This document shows positions 1 to 9,418 of a stretch of DNA of 16,748 nt, in pieces (positions within the stretch are counted from its first letter, which is position 1; every line of letters begins with the position of its first letter). This DNA comes from Acidobacteriota bacterium (GTDB lineage: Bacteria > Acidobacteriota > UBA6911 > JACQSX01). The stretch lies in the NCBI GenBank assembly GCA_036507075.1, contig DASXQR010000204.1:1-16748 (forward strand), written 5' to 3'. Made by a program: the position numbers and the translations under genes. The notes beneath the pieces were generated by a model. It was not told where the DNA came from. It saw only the letters and a program-made list of their open reading frames with translations, and did no database searches.

Positions 1-1116
1 AATAGAAAAGCCGAAGGCTATCGGGTAAAACGCATAGAGCGCAAACAGATAGCGAGGTTCTGAAAGGTCAGAACGATTGTTGACAGCAACCAGACAAGGC
101 ACAATAAGAAGAGGTAACAGCAGGAGAAGAAGCGTGCGAGCTTGCGCCGGAATTTCGCCAACCGGTTTGGACCGAAGAAGTTTTCTGTGCTTTAGAACAT
201 AAAACAAGAGCAGAAAGGTGGGAACCAGGTAGAGCACAGCGGAAACGATCGACTCACCCCCGTAAGTGTCGACGCGATTGAATACCGGCCTGGAAGCCAG
301 AATGATCGGCAGTCCTAGTTTCCAGAAGCCTGCAAACTGGTTAATGATCTGGCCCTGCGGCGCCGCCGCCAGTTCCGGGGCAGTGAGACTATGCCACGAA
401 AAACGAATATTATTAACCCACCAGGGAAAGCCACCCATCAGAAAGGCGCCGATAAAAAAAGGGTAAAAGGAGAGCTGCAGGAATACCGAAGGTCTGACAA
501 CCACAAACCAGGCCAATACGGCCAGATAAAAGTAGACAATCAACGGATCTACCCACCAGCCCATCCCGGCGGCGAGGCCCAGGACCGTAACCCACAGACG
601 AACTTTCCCGGACTGCCGTATCGACGCTTCCAGCCGCAGTGCCGCGTATAGAAGGAATGCCCCCAGGATCGCAACTGCATCGTATGCGCCGTCCGACGTC
701 AGGCCTTTGTACAAAAAGAAATAGGGAGGTAGAGCCAGGTAACCGACCGCCAAAAGAGCAACCGGCCGGCTAAAGGCTGTGCGTGTCGTCCCATAAACGA
801 TGCATAGCAGCACAACCAGAAGCGCTATCATCGCCAGGTGGTAGGTTGTGATGCTGACGCCGAATAATGCGAAGCAAAATGCAACCCAGTGCGGTTCCAG
901 AGATCCGGCGTAAGCAGATCCGTAATAAAAAACCGGATGCGCCCCGCGCTGGACGATGTCGCGCGCCATGATGGCTACCACCGCCTGGTCGGAAGTCCAA
1001 TGGATGCGGCCCGCGCGAAGAACCAGAATCTGGATAGTAATTGCAACCAGGAGCAGCGCTGCGATAGGCAGAAGTTTTGATACTTTTCGACCCAGGAGAC
1101 TCTTATTTGTGAGCAT
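1..1116 (-). CDS. GT-C fold integral membrane glycosyltransferase (ArnT/PMT-like), partial, 3' end outside the window
   Basis: Manual translation from ATG 1116 stays open to base 1: MLTNKSLLGRKVSKLLPIAALLLVAITIQILVLRAGRIHWTSDQAVVAIMARDIVQRGAHPVFYYGSAYAGSLEPHW...GLAAGMGWW...EPRYLFALY. It has many TM segments, an acidic SDQA motif after TM1 and a late PRY motif. An in-frame TGA at 1132-1134 fixes the start. Missing from the ORF track because no stop lies in the window. Confidence 0.85.
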   Translation of the reverse strand, partial: MLTNKSLLGRKVSKLLPIAALLLVAITIQILVLRAGRIHWTSDQAVVAIMARDIVQRGAHPVFYYGSAYAGSLEPHWVAFCFALFGVSITTYHLAMIALLVVLLCIVYGTTRTAFSRPVALLAVGYLALPPYFFLYKGLTSDGAYDAVAILGAFLLYAALRLEASIRQSGKVRLWVTVLGLAAGMGWWVDPLIVYFYLAVLAWFVVVRPSVFLQLSFYPFFIGAFLMGGFPWWVNNIRFSWHSLTAPELAAAPQGQIINQFAGFWKLGLPIILASRPVFNRVDTYGGESIVSAVLYLVPTFLLLFYVLKHRKLLRSKPVGEIPAQARTLLLLLLPLLIVPCLVAVNNRSDLSEPRYLFALYAFYPIAFGFSI

Positions 1117-1229
1117 TTTCCCGCAAGCCGGTCATGGGCAAAGAACGGATCGCCTTCAGTGTGTGAATTTCCCGCACAATATTCCTTTTTCTGCGGTCGA
1201 ATTCAACTTATTCTTGTACGAATTCGCCG

Positions 1230-2201
1230 ATGAAAGATCAGACAAACGATTCGCTCAAACGTGTTGGAGATTTTTGGGGTAAAACGGCCGCCGACCGGGC
1301 CGAAAATCCTATTCAAGGATGGTTGGATTCAAAAATTGTTCTCGAGGCATATGTGCAACCCCGGCAGACGGGTTCGCCTCACACCAACTGGCTCGCCGGA
1401 GTGATGGAAAGATTGCACATACCAAAGGATGGCCGCTGGCTCAGTCTGGGATGTGGCTCTGCCGGACTGGAAATTTTCGCTTCCAAGCTCGGTTCCTTTC
1501 GGTCTCTGCTGGGCCTGGATGTTTCCGAAGCAGCGTTGGAACAAGCGCGGAAAGATGCCGCGTCTCAGGGAATACGGAATATCGAGTTCGAAGTGGCCGA
1601 TCTAAACTCTCTGCAACTCGCGCCGGAAACTTTTGATGTCGTCCTGATGGCGATGTCTTTGCATCACATTCGGGAATTGCGGCACACCCTGATTCAGATT
1701 GAACGCACGCTCAAACCAGGCGGGTTTTTCATCATAAATGAATACATCGGCCCGCGCCAATTTCAATTCTCCGATCTTCAGCTCAACCTGGTCAAGGAGC
1801 TGCTTGCGGCATTGCCGGAGCGCTGGCGGAAAGATTTTGCAGGGGGAGGCATTAAGAGGGAGTACAGGAAAATGCCCCTGGAATATTGGGAGGCCGCGGA
1901 TCCATCGGAAGCGATTCGATCCGACTTGATCGTGAGGGAAATTGAACGGCGGTTTCGGATCATCGACCGCCGGGATTATGGAGGCGCGATTCTGCATTTG
2001 CTGCTTGAACATATCGTCCATAATTTTGACGAAGCCGATGAAAAAGACGTGGCGGTTATCCGACTGCTGGGAAAGTTCGAGGAAATCCTTGGCCGGCATG
2101 GAGTACTTCGCAGCGATTTCACAGTAATGGTCATGAAGAAACGCGCCGGCCGGAGTATCCTGCGATCCATTTTGGAGCGCCACAGAGGTAAATCAGCCTG
2201 A
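1230..2201 (+). CDS. Class I SAM-dependent methyltransferase
   Basis: 323 aa; motif I LSLGCGSAG, GLDVS, ADLN, FDVV..MSLHH, LKPGG. The stop overlaps the next start (TGATG). Confidence 0.9.
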   Translation: MKDQTNDSLKRVGDFWGKTAADRAENPIQGWLDSKIVLEAYVQPRQTGSPHTNWLAGVMERLHIPKDGRWLSLGCGSAGLEIFASKLGSFRSLLGLDVSEAALEQARKDAASQGIRNIEFEVADLNSLQLAPETFDVVLMAMSLHHIRELRHTLIQIERTLKPGGFFIINEYIGPRQFQFSDLQLNLVKELLAALPERWRKDFAGGGIKREYRKMPLEYWEAADPSEAIRSDLIVREIERRFRIIDRRDYGGAILHLLLEHIVHNFDEADEKDVAVIRLLGKFEEILGRHGVLRSDFTVMVMKKRAGRSILRSILERHRGKSA

Positions 2202-4030
2202 TGGCCCGCGCCAGGTTGTTAGTGAACGCCTTGCCAGACCTTTTTACGGGCATTCGATCCGAGTATCTTCCTTTTCTCCTGCTCTGTGCCGCCGTCCTTG
2301 CGCTCTGCCTGGTCAGCCCGCTGTGGAGACTCGGAGATTCCTCTGACTACATCCTTACCACTGAAAGTTTGTGGTACGACCACGACCTTGAATATTCCGG
2401 CGGCGACCTCGCCAGGCACCTGAAGCTCAAGCCACCTACATTGGACACCCCGGCCGGTCTGGAGACCCCGACAGGCAAGGACGGAAAGAAATACCTAGGG
2501 ATGTGGCATTCGTTTTATTATTCGCTTGCTGCGGTCCCTTTCTACCTGCTTTTTCGCTACCGAGGTTTTTATCTGTTTAACGGATTCCTCTTCTGCCTGA
2601 TGACGCTTTGTCTGTACCGGCATCTGCGCCGCTCCAATGAAACATCGCCGGCCTGGAGTTGGTCATTGCTTGCAGTCGGCTTTTCAGCATCGTGGTCCTA
2701 CATTATCTGGATGCATCCGGAAGTTTTTTATATGGCGTTGATGGGATTTTTCATTTTCTTCTGGATCCGCGGAAGATTGATAGTGGCGGGCGCGATGCTG
2801 GGACTGGCGGCAGGAGCGCAACCCACACTTGGCGCCCTGCTTGCTCCGTTTGTCCTTTTGGAAATCGGAAAGAACCGGAACTGGAAACGAGTAATACTGG
2901 CGACAGCGGTCTGTTTGCTCCTTGCGGCGCCGCAGTATCTCGTGAACTGGATTCATTTTGGCATCATTCACCCGATGCTGGCGACGCAATGGGTCGGACC
3001 TTCCAATATCAGCTTTGGGCGTTGGATGCGTTCCCTGTTTGATCCGGCAGCCGGGCTGATCTGGTTTTACCCAGCCGTGGTCCCGGCGCTGCTCGAGAGT
3101 CCAAAGAATCGATTCACGCTCGCGGTTTCGAGCACCGCGGCACTGGTGCTTCTGGCAACAGGGTCATCGTCTATCTGGTATTCTCACCAAATCGGTTTGC
3201 GATATGGTTCGTATGTCTTTCCGCTGTTCCTGTTTCTTCCCCGGAGCGTTTCTTTCCAGAATTGGAGAGCGATTACTGCCTGGTGTTTCGTCGTTCTGGC
3301 AGGGACCGGTCTGGTAGTCAATCCCATTGGTAACTCGGCGACGCTCAACATTGATACTAAACTCTTCCTCCCCTACAGAGTTGCGCGCAAGCTGCCCTGG
3401 TACCGTGAAGAAGGTGTGATTACCTGGTTCCGCATGCATCCAATCGCTCCATCGGTGGGCCTGGACGCAGTGTGGGCGGACGGCTGGATACCCGGCGGTC
3501 AGGAAGTGACCATGATCCTGATGAGCGTCACTGGCGGTCCGGTCGAGTTGGATGTCCGGTCCTGGAGCCGCCAGATGGGTCGCGATCAAAAGTTTTCGCT
3601 CAAAACAGATTCAGGCCATATGCTTTCATTCCAGCTTGAACCGGATAAGGTTCACCCGCTCAAGATTCCCCTCGGCAAAGACGATATCCGCAGATCGAAG
3701 GAGGGAGAACTCGGTGTGGTGGTGGTAAAGCTTTGGGCCGAACCATGGAGTCCCGCTACAACCTTGAACACACCCGATAACCGAGTGCTGGGGATACAAC
3801 TGACACGGATCGCGGCCGGCGGCTTTCCATCACGGCGGATCGGGGCCAGTATTTTGCAGCCGGGGACCTCAACGGTTCGATCCATAAGTCTCACTACAGG
3901 CTCCCGTTCCCGCTCGATTATCAAACAGAAACGGGGTCTCGCTCGTGTGGTGCAAATTGCGGCCACGAATTGCACGAATTACGCGAATTTCACGAATCTT
4001 AATAACCACCTTGTGGTGCAAGTAATCTGA
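2201..4030 (+). CDS. Multi-pass membrane protein, probable GT-C glycosyltransferase with a C-terminal extracytoplasmic beta domain; the last ~70 aa look like an aberrant extension
   Basis: 609 aa; GDSSDY after TM1, many hydrophobic helices, GLRY motif, soluble domain ending WSP...DNRVLGIQL. Translationally coupled to the methyltransferase. Confidence 0.75.
   Translation: MARARLLVNALPDLFTGIRSEYLPFLLLCAAVLALCLVSPLWRLGDSSDYILTTESLWYDHDLEYSGGDLARHLKLKPPTLDTPAGLETPTGKDGKKYLGMWHSFYYSLAAVPFYLLFRYRGFYLFNGFLFCLMTLCLYRHLRRSNETSPAWSWSLLAVGFSASWSYIIWMHPEVFYMALMGFFIFFWIRGRLIVAGAMLGLAAGAQPTLGALLAPFVLLEIGKNRNWKRVILATAVCLLLAAPQYLVNWIHFGIIHPMLATQWVGPSNISFGRWMRSLFDPAAGLIWFYPAVVPALLESPKNRFTLAVSSTAALVLLATGSSSIWYSHQIGLRYGSYVFPLFLFLPRSVSFQNWRAITAWCFVVLAGTGLVVNPIGNSATLNIDTKLFLPYRVARKLPWYREEGVITWFRMHPIAPSVGLDAVWADGWIPGGQEVTMILMSVTGGPVELDVRSWSRQMGRDQKFSLKTDSGHMLSFQLEPDKVHPLKIPLGKDDIRRSKEGELGVVVVKLWAEPWSPATTLNTPDNRVLGIQLTRIAAGGFPSRRIGASILQPGTSTVRSISLTTGSRSRSIIKQKRGLARVVQIAATNCTNYANFTNLNNHLVVQVI
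3963..3999. repeat. Four tandem copies of the 9-bp unit CACGAATTN (half-element A), bounded by the direct repeat TGTGGTGCAA (3946-3955, 4012-4021)
   Basis: c-cacgaattg-cacgaatta-cgcgaattt-cacgaatct; same unit as 6080-6214 and 10235-10390. Confidence 0.85.
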
Positions 4031-4079
4031 TTGAATTCGCGCCTTCCCGACTTCGCGGTTCAGCTTCCGCATGCTCATT

Positions 4080-5981
4080 TTATGGTGCGGCAGCCAACCT
4101 GTTTTTGTATTCGGTGGAGTCGAGGAAGCCCTGAATCAGGTCGGTTTCCGTCAGAGATCCCGACGCGAGCGCGTTGCGCCATGCCCAGAATCCGGAGTCC
4201 TCGGGGACACGGCGCAGGAATCCCACGTACTCCAGAATTACAAAAACGTCAAAGTAGCTGCGATTGATGAATTCCTGCGATTCAACAAATTGACGCGCCA
4301 CCTGGCCGCGGGTCGCCTGGCCCGATTTGATCACGTTTGCCCAGCTCTGCAATTCGCTCTGCGAAGGGGTTCGGCCCAAAATGTTCTGATAGAGCAGAGT
4401 GACGAACTGCTCGGCTGTCAAGTTGGTGCCGAAACGAATGGCAAATTCAGGAGACTGAATGAAGGCGTCCACAATCGCCTGCCGCGCAGCCTCCGTGCGT
4501 CCCTGGGCTACCAGGTAATCTCTCCAGGCAACCAGACCAGCGTAGTCCGGCCTTCGGCCAAACAAACCGAGATAGTCGCGCGCAACGGCGCCGTAGCTCT
4601 GCTGAAACTCGGCCGATTGGAAGAATTGCAGGCCCACCTGAGCGCGCGTGAGCGTGGCGGCAGAGATGGCGTTGGCCCAGGTCTGGATTTCATTGGCTGT
4701 GCCTTCGCGGCCCAGAAAATCTCGATAGAACTGCGCGACCAGCCGCTCGTTGGTTATTCCGCCCGGATTTGTCGGTCCTGGATATACCGCCTGCACCGCC
4801 GCTATGTCATAAGCGCGAATCGAGGCGCCCCGGCCATCCGCGTGCGCCAGGTAGTACATCAGCGCGTCCTGCAAATAGCTTCCCGCCGGCTGCGACACAT
4901 CAGAAGAATGCGCCAGCCCCAGACCGTGGCCCATTTCGTGCGCCATTACTTCGGACAAATTGCTGGTCACGGAGAAAAATGAATTCCAGCCGTTGTTGAA
5001 AACAATGTCGGCCTGCAGCAGCTTACTGTAGGTAACACCATTCACCACTATCGTCGAAGTGGTCGAGAAAGTGACGTACGTTATGGCCAGCGTTCCTCCG
5101 CCTCCGACAGGATCCGGGATTATCTGCTGCGGGTCATTGAAGGTAATCGCGTTGACTCCGTCGTTGAAATTGTATCCACTTGCCGTCGTTGTTCCGCCGT
5201 TCTTCAGGATGATCCTGGTGCCGGGGACAGAATTCCAGGCATTGACGACCGTATTGACTACATTGACGGTGCTGGAAGAATTCAGCGGCGCCGCGTTCAG
5301 GTTCACGTAAAAATTGACCGGCACGCCGGAATCGAACTGGTTCCAGCGTGGCAGCGTGGCTGTGGCGGCCGCGGTCGTGGTGTCCGTGCTGCTCAGAGCG
5401 GAAAATGAAAAACGTGAAAGAGGCTCGGACACAATAGGCTTCACATGCCTGGCGAAGGGGCGCAGCGGGCGCAGACCCTTGCGGTTTACGACTCGCTCAA
5501 CATCATCGAAAGTCTTGAATTCCTCGACATCGCGCTCCACGACCTCGGCTGATTCCGGAGTAGAGCGCTTCAGATCGCCCGATGGCAGGATGCGGAACTT
5601 GCCCTGATAGAGGTGGGACACTTCAAAGAGACCGTCGGGCCTCAGGTTCAGAAAAGCTATCACTTCTTCGCCCACTTCGAATTCGGGAGCGCCAAATTCC
5701 CAGGTAACAACATCCTGAAACTTCCCTCCCAATTGCTTGAGATAGATGACGGTTCCCGGGGTAATTTGATTGGAAAAATCGTATTTTACTTCGAGGGAAA
5801 TCAGAGTTTGAACCGGGCTTTCGCCTTCCCGGATACTTTCCAGCGCTGCAATCCGGCCGCCGACGATGGCATCGGCCGAGGCGACCAGCTCGTCTTGACT
5901 CAGGAGTTTGAAAGTACTGGCCCAAGTTGACGGGCCGAAGAACACCCATAGTGCGATCAGCAATAAGACATTTTTTTTCAT
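4080..5981 (-). CDS. Secreted metzincin (matrixin/M10-like) Zn-metalloprotease with C-terminal DUF4214-like repeats
   Basis: 633 aa; signal peptide MKKNVLLLIALWVFFGPSTWA; HEMGHGLGLAH zinc motif and DALMY Met-turn; repeated modules FYRDFLGRE..FFQSAEF, YLGLFGRRPD..FIQSPEF, LYQNILGRTP..FVESQEF, YVGFLRRVPE..FLDSTEY. Confidence 0.88.
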   Translation of the reverse strand: MKKNVLLLIALWVFFGPSTWASTFKLLSQDELVASADAIVGGRIAALESIREGESPVQTLISLEVKYDFSNQITPGTVIYLKQLGGKFQDVVTWEFGAPEFEVGEEVIAFLNLRPDGLFEVSHLYQGKFRILPSGDLKRSTPESAEVVERDVEEFKTFDDVERVVNRKGLRPLRPFARHVKPIVSEPLSRFSFSALSSTDTTTAAATATLPRWNQFDSGVPVNFYVNLNAAPLNSSSTVNVVNTVVNAWNSVPGTRIILKNGGTTTASGYNFNDGVNAITFNDPQQIIPDPVGGGGTLAITYVTFSTTSTIVVNGVTYSKLLQADIVFNNGWNSFFSVTSNLSEVMAHEMGHGLGLAHSSDVSQPAGSYLQDALMYYLAHADGRGASIRAYDIAAVQAVYPGPTNPGGITNERLVAQFYRDFLGREGTANEIQTWANAISAATLTRAQVGLQFFQSAEFQQSYGAVARDYLGLFGRRPDYAGLVAWRDYLVAQGRTEAARQAIVDAFIQSPEFAIRFGTNLTAEQFVTLLYQNILGRTPSQSELQSWANVIKSGQATRGQVARQFVESQEFINRSYFDVFVILEYVGFLRRVPEDSGFWAWRNALASGSLTETDLIQGFLDSTEYKNRLAAAP

Positions 5982-6079
5982 GCAGATAAAGCTTCCTCAA
6001 TCCTGGGAACGGACGGACGACTGTCCTGCCGTAAAAATTTTGCTTTTGATTAGGATGCTTTTGGAGGGGAAAGGTTGGC

Positions 6080-6214
6080 CACGAATTACACGAATTTTGA
6101 ACACGAATTAGACGAATTACACGAATTTCACGAATTTTTTGGAATCTTAAGAAATAAATTCGTGAAATTCGTGTAATTCGTCTAATTCGTGTTCAAAATT
6201 CGTGTTAATTCGTG
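6080..6214. repeat. Long palindrome of CACGAATT micro-repeats (element B): 58/59-bp arms and an 18-nt loop
   Basis: 6080-6137 is the reverse complement of 6156-6214 apart from one extra base. Irregularities such as the gaa insert and the gacgaatt variant are mirrored in both arms. Confidence 0.95.
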
Positions 6215-8029
6215 CACGATCTTCTGGGCGGAGTGGCGCCAGGTCCAGTTTTGCAGGATGTCCTGGGAGGCGCGGCTGCCCCGGGCGCGGGCTTCGTCTT
6301 GATTTTCAAATACTTGTCTCATCAGATGACGCAGATGCTCGTAGCTCGGGTGCGCCCACTGAAAGCCGGTGTAGTAGGGGCACTTGGCGACTGCGGGGAT
6401 CAGCTTCTCTACATCGATCAGATAGGAGTTCTCGTCTGTCATGAAGTCGGTATGAGAACTCCAATTGGTCGCGATCACGGGCAGGCCGCAGGCCATCGCC
6501 TCAATCATCGGCATTCCAAAACCCTCGCCTCGCGTGGGCAGCACAAACGCGTCCGCCGACCGGTAAAGGGCGCCCATCTGATAAGCCGGGATTACCGCAT
6601 TCAGGCTGAAAATGATTTTTCCCCCGGCATCGGCCAGTCCCAGCCGGCGGATCTCCTGTGAGACATCGATGCTGCTGTCCCGGTTGATGATCTTGCAGAA
6701 CAGAACCACGTCTTCGCCGGCGCGAAATTCATCATTAAAGGACTTGAGCAAAACATCGGGCGCCTTTCTTTCTCCCCACTCGAAAATGGAAAGAAACACG
6801 AACGGTCCAGGCGGTTTGTAGGAAGTAATTTCGGGGTTGAAGTAATTTTCATCCACCCCCAGAGGGATCACATGAATCGGCCTGGTGACCCCGCTGGCAA
6901 TAAATGTTTCCCGGTTGAACATCGAAGGCACCCAGACCTCGTCCATCTGGTTTGCGTGCCGCGCCCATTCCTCCGGGATCCGGTCCGTCTCAAGCATGGT
7001 GAAACCAATTTTGTAGCTTCCGAAGTTCTGATCGAAGACGTCTCCCTGCGCATAGGCGACCTGAGGCCAGCGGGAATCAATGGCGCGCTGCCGGATGACG
7101 TTGATCATATACTCATCGGAATATTCCGGCTCGACCAATGGGAAAACAGATCCCGGCCCATAAATGTATTTGTAAGCCACCCATACTCCCAATTCGTCAA
7201 GCGCCAGGGCAAGAGACCGGGAAGAGACGGCATATCCGGTCGGAAAATTGATGATCGAATGCCAGCCGAGGCGATGCCGATACCTCTCCTCCAGACACTG
7301 CTTCCATTTCCGGGCAAAAGTCTTCTGCGACCTTTCAAACAGGGGTTTGAACTCGACTTTGTTTTCGGTCGTGGAGATGTTTTCGTGGTGGACCAGCGTG
7401 GCAGCGCCGCAGCAAACCGTTCGGTAACCGACCTGCCGGGCCTTCAGGCAGTAGTCGGAGTCCTCAAAATAGGCGAAGTAATCCGAGTCCAGGCCTCCAA
7501 TTTTGTCGATCAGCTCCCGCTTGATATAGGCGCAGGCAAATACAACGCCCTGCACCTCTTGAGTGCGCGCATACTGATTGATGTCTATCTGGTTTCCTCC
7601 CCGCTGCTGCCCCCAAAGCGTATCCAGCGGCATGTAGGTGCCCGCATGCTGCAAAACTCCTGAGGGCCGGCGCAGGCGGCAACCGACAATTCCGATGTCC
7701 GGCGCGCTGTAGGCGGTAGCCTGAAGCTTCTGTAACCAGTTCGCTTCTGTGACCTCGATGTCATTATTCAGAAGAATCACGTCGCGAGGCGATGACTTCT
7801 CAATCCCGAGATTGTTGGCCGCCACAAATCCCAGATTGCTCTGGTTTTCGATTACCTCAGCACCGGGCACAGACCTCAGATAGGGAACAGTACCGTCGCT
7901 GCTTCCGTTATCGATCAAGAGCAACTGATAATCGACGTCTGAGGTATGTTTTTTCAGCGACTCCAGGCACTTCTTTGTATAAGACAGGCCGTTCCAGGTG
8001 AGAATAATGATGGCGACCGGACGACTCAT
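6182..8029 (-). CDS. Bifunctional glycosyltransferase, N-terminal GT2 plus C-terminal GT4
   Basis: 615 aa; [30 protein letters not shown] (GT2); [31 protein letters not shown] (GT4 ExxxxxxxE). ATGA overlap with the upstream gene. Confidence 0.93.
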   Translation of the reverse strand: MSRPVAIIILTWNGLSYTKKCLESLKKHTSDVDYQLLLIDNGSSDGTVPYLRSVPGAEVIENQSNLGFVAANNLGIEKSSPRDVILLNNDIEVTEANWLQKLQATAYSAPDIGIVGCRLRRPSGVLQHAGTYMPLDTLWGQQRGGNQIDINQYARTQEVQGVVFACAYIKRELIDKIGGLDSDYFAYFEDSDYCLKARQVGYRTVCCGAATLVHHENISTTENKVEFKPLFERSQKTFARKWKQCLEERYRHRLGWHSIINFPTGYAVSSRSLALALDELGVWVAYKYIYGPGSVFPLVEPEYSDEYMINVIRQRAIDSRWPQVAYAQGDVFDQNFGSYKIGFTMLETDRIPEEWARHANQMDEVWVPSMFNRETFIASGVTRPIHVIPLGVDENYFNPEITSYKPPGPFVFLSIFEWGERKAPDVLLKSFNDEFRAGEDVVLFCKIINRDSSIDVSQEIRRLGLADAGGKIIFSLNAVIPAYQMGALYRSADAFVLPTRGEGFGMPMIEAMACGLPVIATNWSSHTDFMTDENSYLIDVEKLIPAVAKCPYYTGFQWAHPSYEHLRHLMRQVFENQDEARARGSRASQDILQNWTWRHSAQKIVHELTRILNTN

Positions 8030-9399
8030 TTAACCGCTATAACTGCGTAGTCCCGAGCTCCGTATAAAAGCTCGTTGAGGAAGTCCACCGAATGATTGAA
8101 TTCAACCACCGCCGGGTCGCTTCCCGGCAGGCGCCTGAGCCGTTGGTGATCTTCGATTGGAGAAGAAAATAACAAATCTACCTTTTGATAATGCAGCGAT
8201 TCGAGCAAGAACTGGAATGTTGCCGGGTGGATCGGCCGCTGATGGGTCAGATCCATGTAGAGCGCGTTGGCATGGACTGCCAGCGTTGCAGGATTGATCG
8301 TCTCCGCAATGAATACACCTCCGGACTTCAGCTTCGCGAAAACGAGACGGTTAAGATCGAGGAACTGATCCGTCGTCAGGTGCTCCACAAACTGGGCGGT
8401 GAAAACCCCGTCCAGCGACTCATTTTCGACCGAGCGCAGGTGTTCGAGCGCTTCGCCGTGCACCACATTCAAGCCCTTCGACCGAGCCAGCAGCACATTG
8501 TCGCGGCTCCAGTCGACTCCCGTTCCCGCCTGGCCCATTTCCCGCAGGATCTCGAGAAACTCTCCACGGCCGCAGGCAAGATCCAGGACCTTCGTCTTGC
8601 CTTCAAAGTAACGCGCGTATTGTTTTTGACGCTGCTTGATTTCCAATTCCGAGCCGCGAAAGCGGAGCTCAAACTGAAAATAATCGAACCCGCCGTCGTC
8701 AACCAAGTTCTTGACAGAAGGCGCGGGGATCGACTTCACTGGGATCTCTTTCGCTTTCCGGTCGACTGTGCCCGGCGTTTCTGTCACAGGTTTCGCCAGA
8801 TCAGCCAGCCGGCGAACATCCCGCTCCAGTACTGCCAGTCGCTCCAAGGTACGGGCCGGCTGGAAGTGACTTAACTGTGCTGTAAATTCAATGCGCACAT
8901 TCTCGATGCTTCTGGCAAGGTTTTGAATTGCGGCTTCGACCTCAGTTTTGAAGCCAAGCTTGTTTAAGAACTCAACCCGAGCATTCTCGATGCTTTCGGC
9001 CAGACTCCATATGGTGTTCTCAAGCCTCACATGAAGGCTGGCCAGCGCCGGGTTGATTTGAGCCTTCTGCGCTTCCAACAGCATCGCCTGGCGCTCCTGC
9101 ATTTGCTGTATCGCCTGCTTGACTTCTACATTGAATCGATTCTGGTCCGCCGTGTAGAACCGGATCAGGCGGTCGACAACCAGCTTGAGCGCGCGAAAGC
9201 GAGTTCGTTTGGAGACGGTGGGCAATGGCGGAACGTCCAGCTTGATGCCGGCGGGAGGATGATAAAGCCATTCCGGCAGCGCCACTCTATAGGGGTCGTC
9301 TGAAGACGAGCCGGTATCTACTCCCCGAACACTCGCAGACAGCCGCTGCATCAAGTCCGGAACATTCACCTGGCGATCCTGATGATCGAATAGTTTCAT
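8026..9399 (-). CDS. Coiled-coil plus class I SAM methyltransferase, probable glycan chain-capping enzyme
   Basis: C-terminal [40 protein letters not shown]; central heptad-rich helices. I place the start at ATG 9399 (MKLFDHQD) because the 9594 start overlaps the HEPN gene and a -10 box lies at 9410-9418. Confidence 0.85.
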   Translation of the reverse strand: MKLFDHQDRQVNVPDLMQRLSASVRGVDTGSSSDDPYRVALPEWLYHPPAGIKLDVPPLPTVSKRTRFRALKLVVDRLIRFYTADQNRFNVEVKQAIQQMQERQAMLLEAQKAQINPALASLHVRLENTIWSLAESIENARVEFLNKLGFKTEVEAAIQNLARSIENVRIEFTAQLSHFQPARTLERLAVLERDVRRLADLAKPVTETPGTVDRKAKEIPVKSIPAPSVKNLVDDGGFDYFQFELRFRGSELEIKQRQKQYARYFEGKTKVLDLACGRGEFLEILREMGQAGTGVDWSRDNVLLARSKGLNVVHGEALEHLRSVENESLDGVFTAQFVEHLTTDQFLDLNRLVFAKLKSGGVFIAETINPATLAVHANALYMDLTHQRPIHPATFQFLLESLHYQKVDLLFSSPIEDHQRLRRLPGSDPAVVEFNHSVDFLNELLYGARDYAVIAVK

Positions 9400-9409
9400 C
9401 AGGTTAGGG

Positions 9410-9418
9410 AGTATAACA
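9410..9418 (-). promoter_or_regulatory. Putative extended -10 promoter TGTTATACT
   Basis: Fits TGnTATAcT, 10 nt upstream of ATG 9399 with no Shine-Dalgarno; an identical 9-mer precedes wzm. Confidence 0.55.

Noticed and set aside
1196..1228. Inverted pair gtcgaattc / gaattcgcc in the divergent promoter region
   Set aside because: Short and built on self-palindromic GAATTC; cannot be distinguished from chance as an operator or degenerate repeat unit.
3823..3860. SITADRGQYF resembling a DDE transposase motif
   Set aside because: Too short, with no other transposase motifs or terminal inverted repeats.
4071..4982. 303-aa plus-strand ORF
   Set aside because: Antisense shadow of the metalloprotease gene; no recognisable motifs.
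5908..6111. 67-aa ORF ending TRILNTN like the glycosyltransferase
   Set aside because: The identical ending is a by-product of palindrome B.
6080..6214. CRISPR array interpretation of the CACGAATT or GTCTTTCA repeats
   Set aside because: Units are 7-9 bp and contiguous, with no unique spacers and no cas genes in the window.
6872..8874. Long plus-strand ORFs 6872-7663 and 8185-8874
   Set aside because: Antisense shadows of well-supported minus-strand genes.
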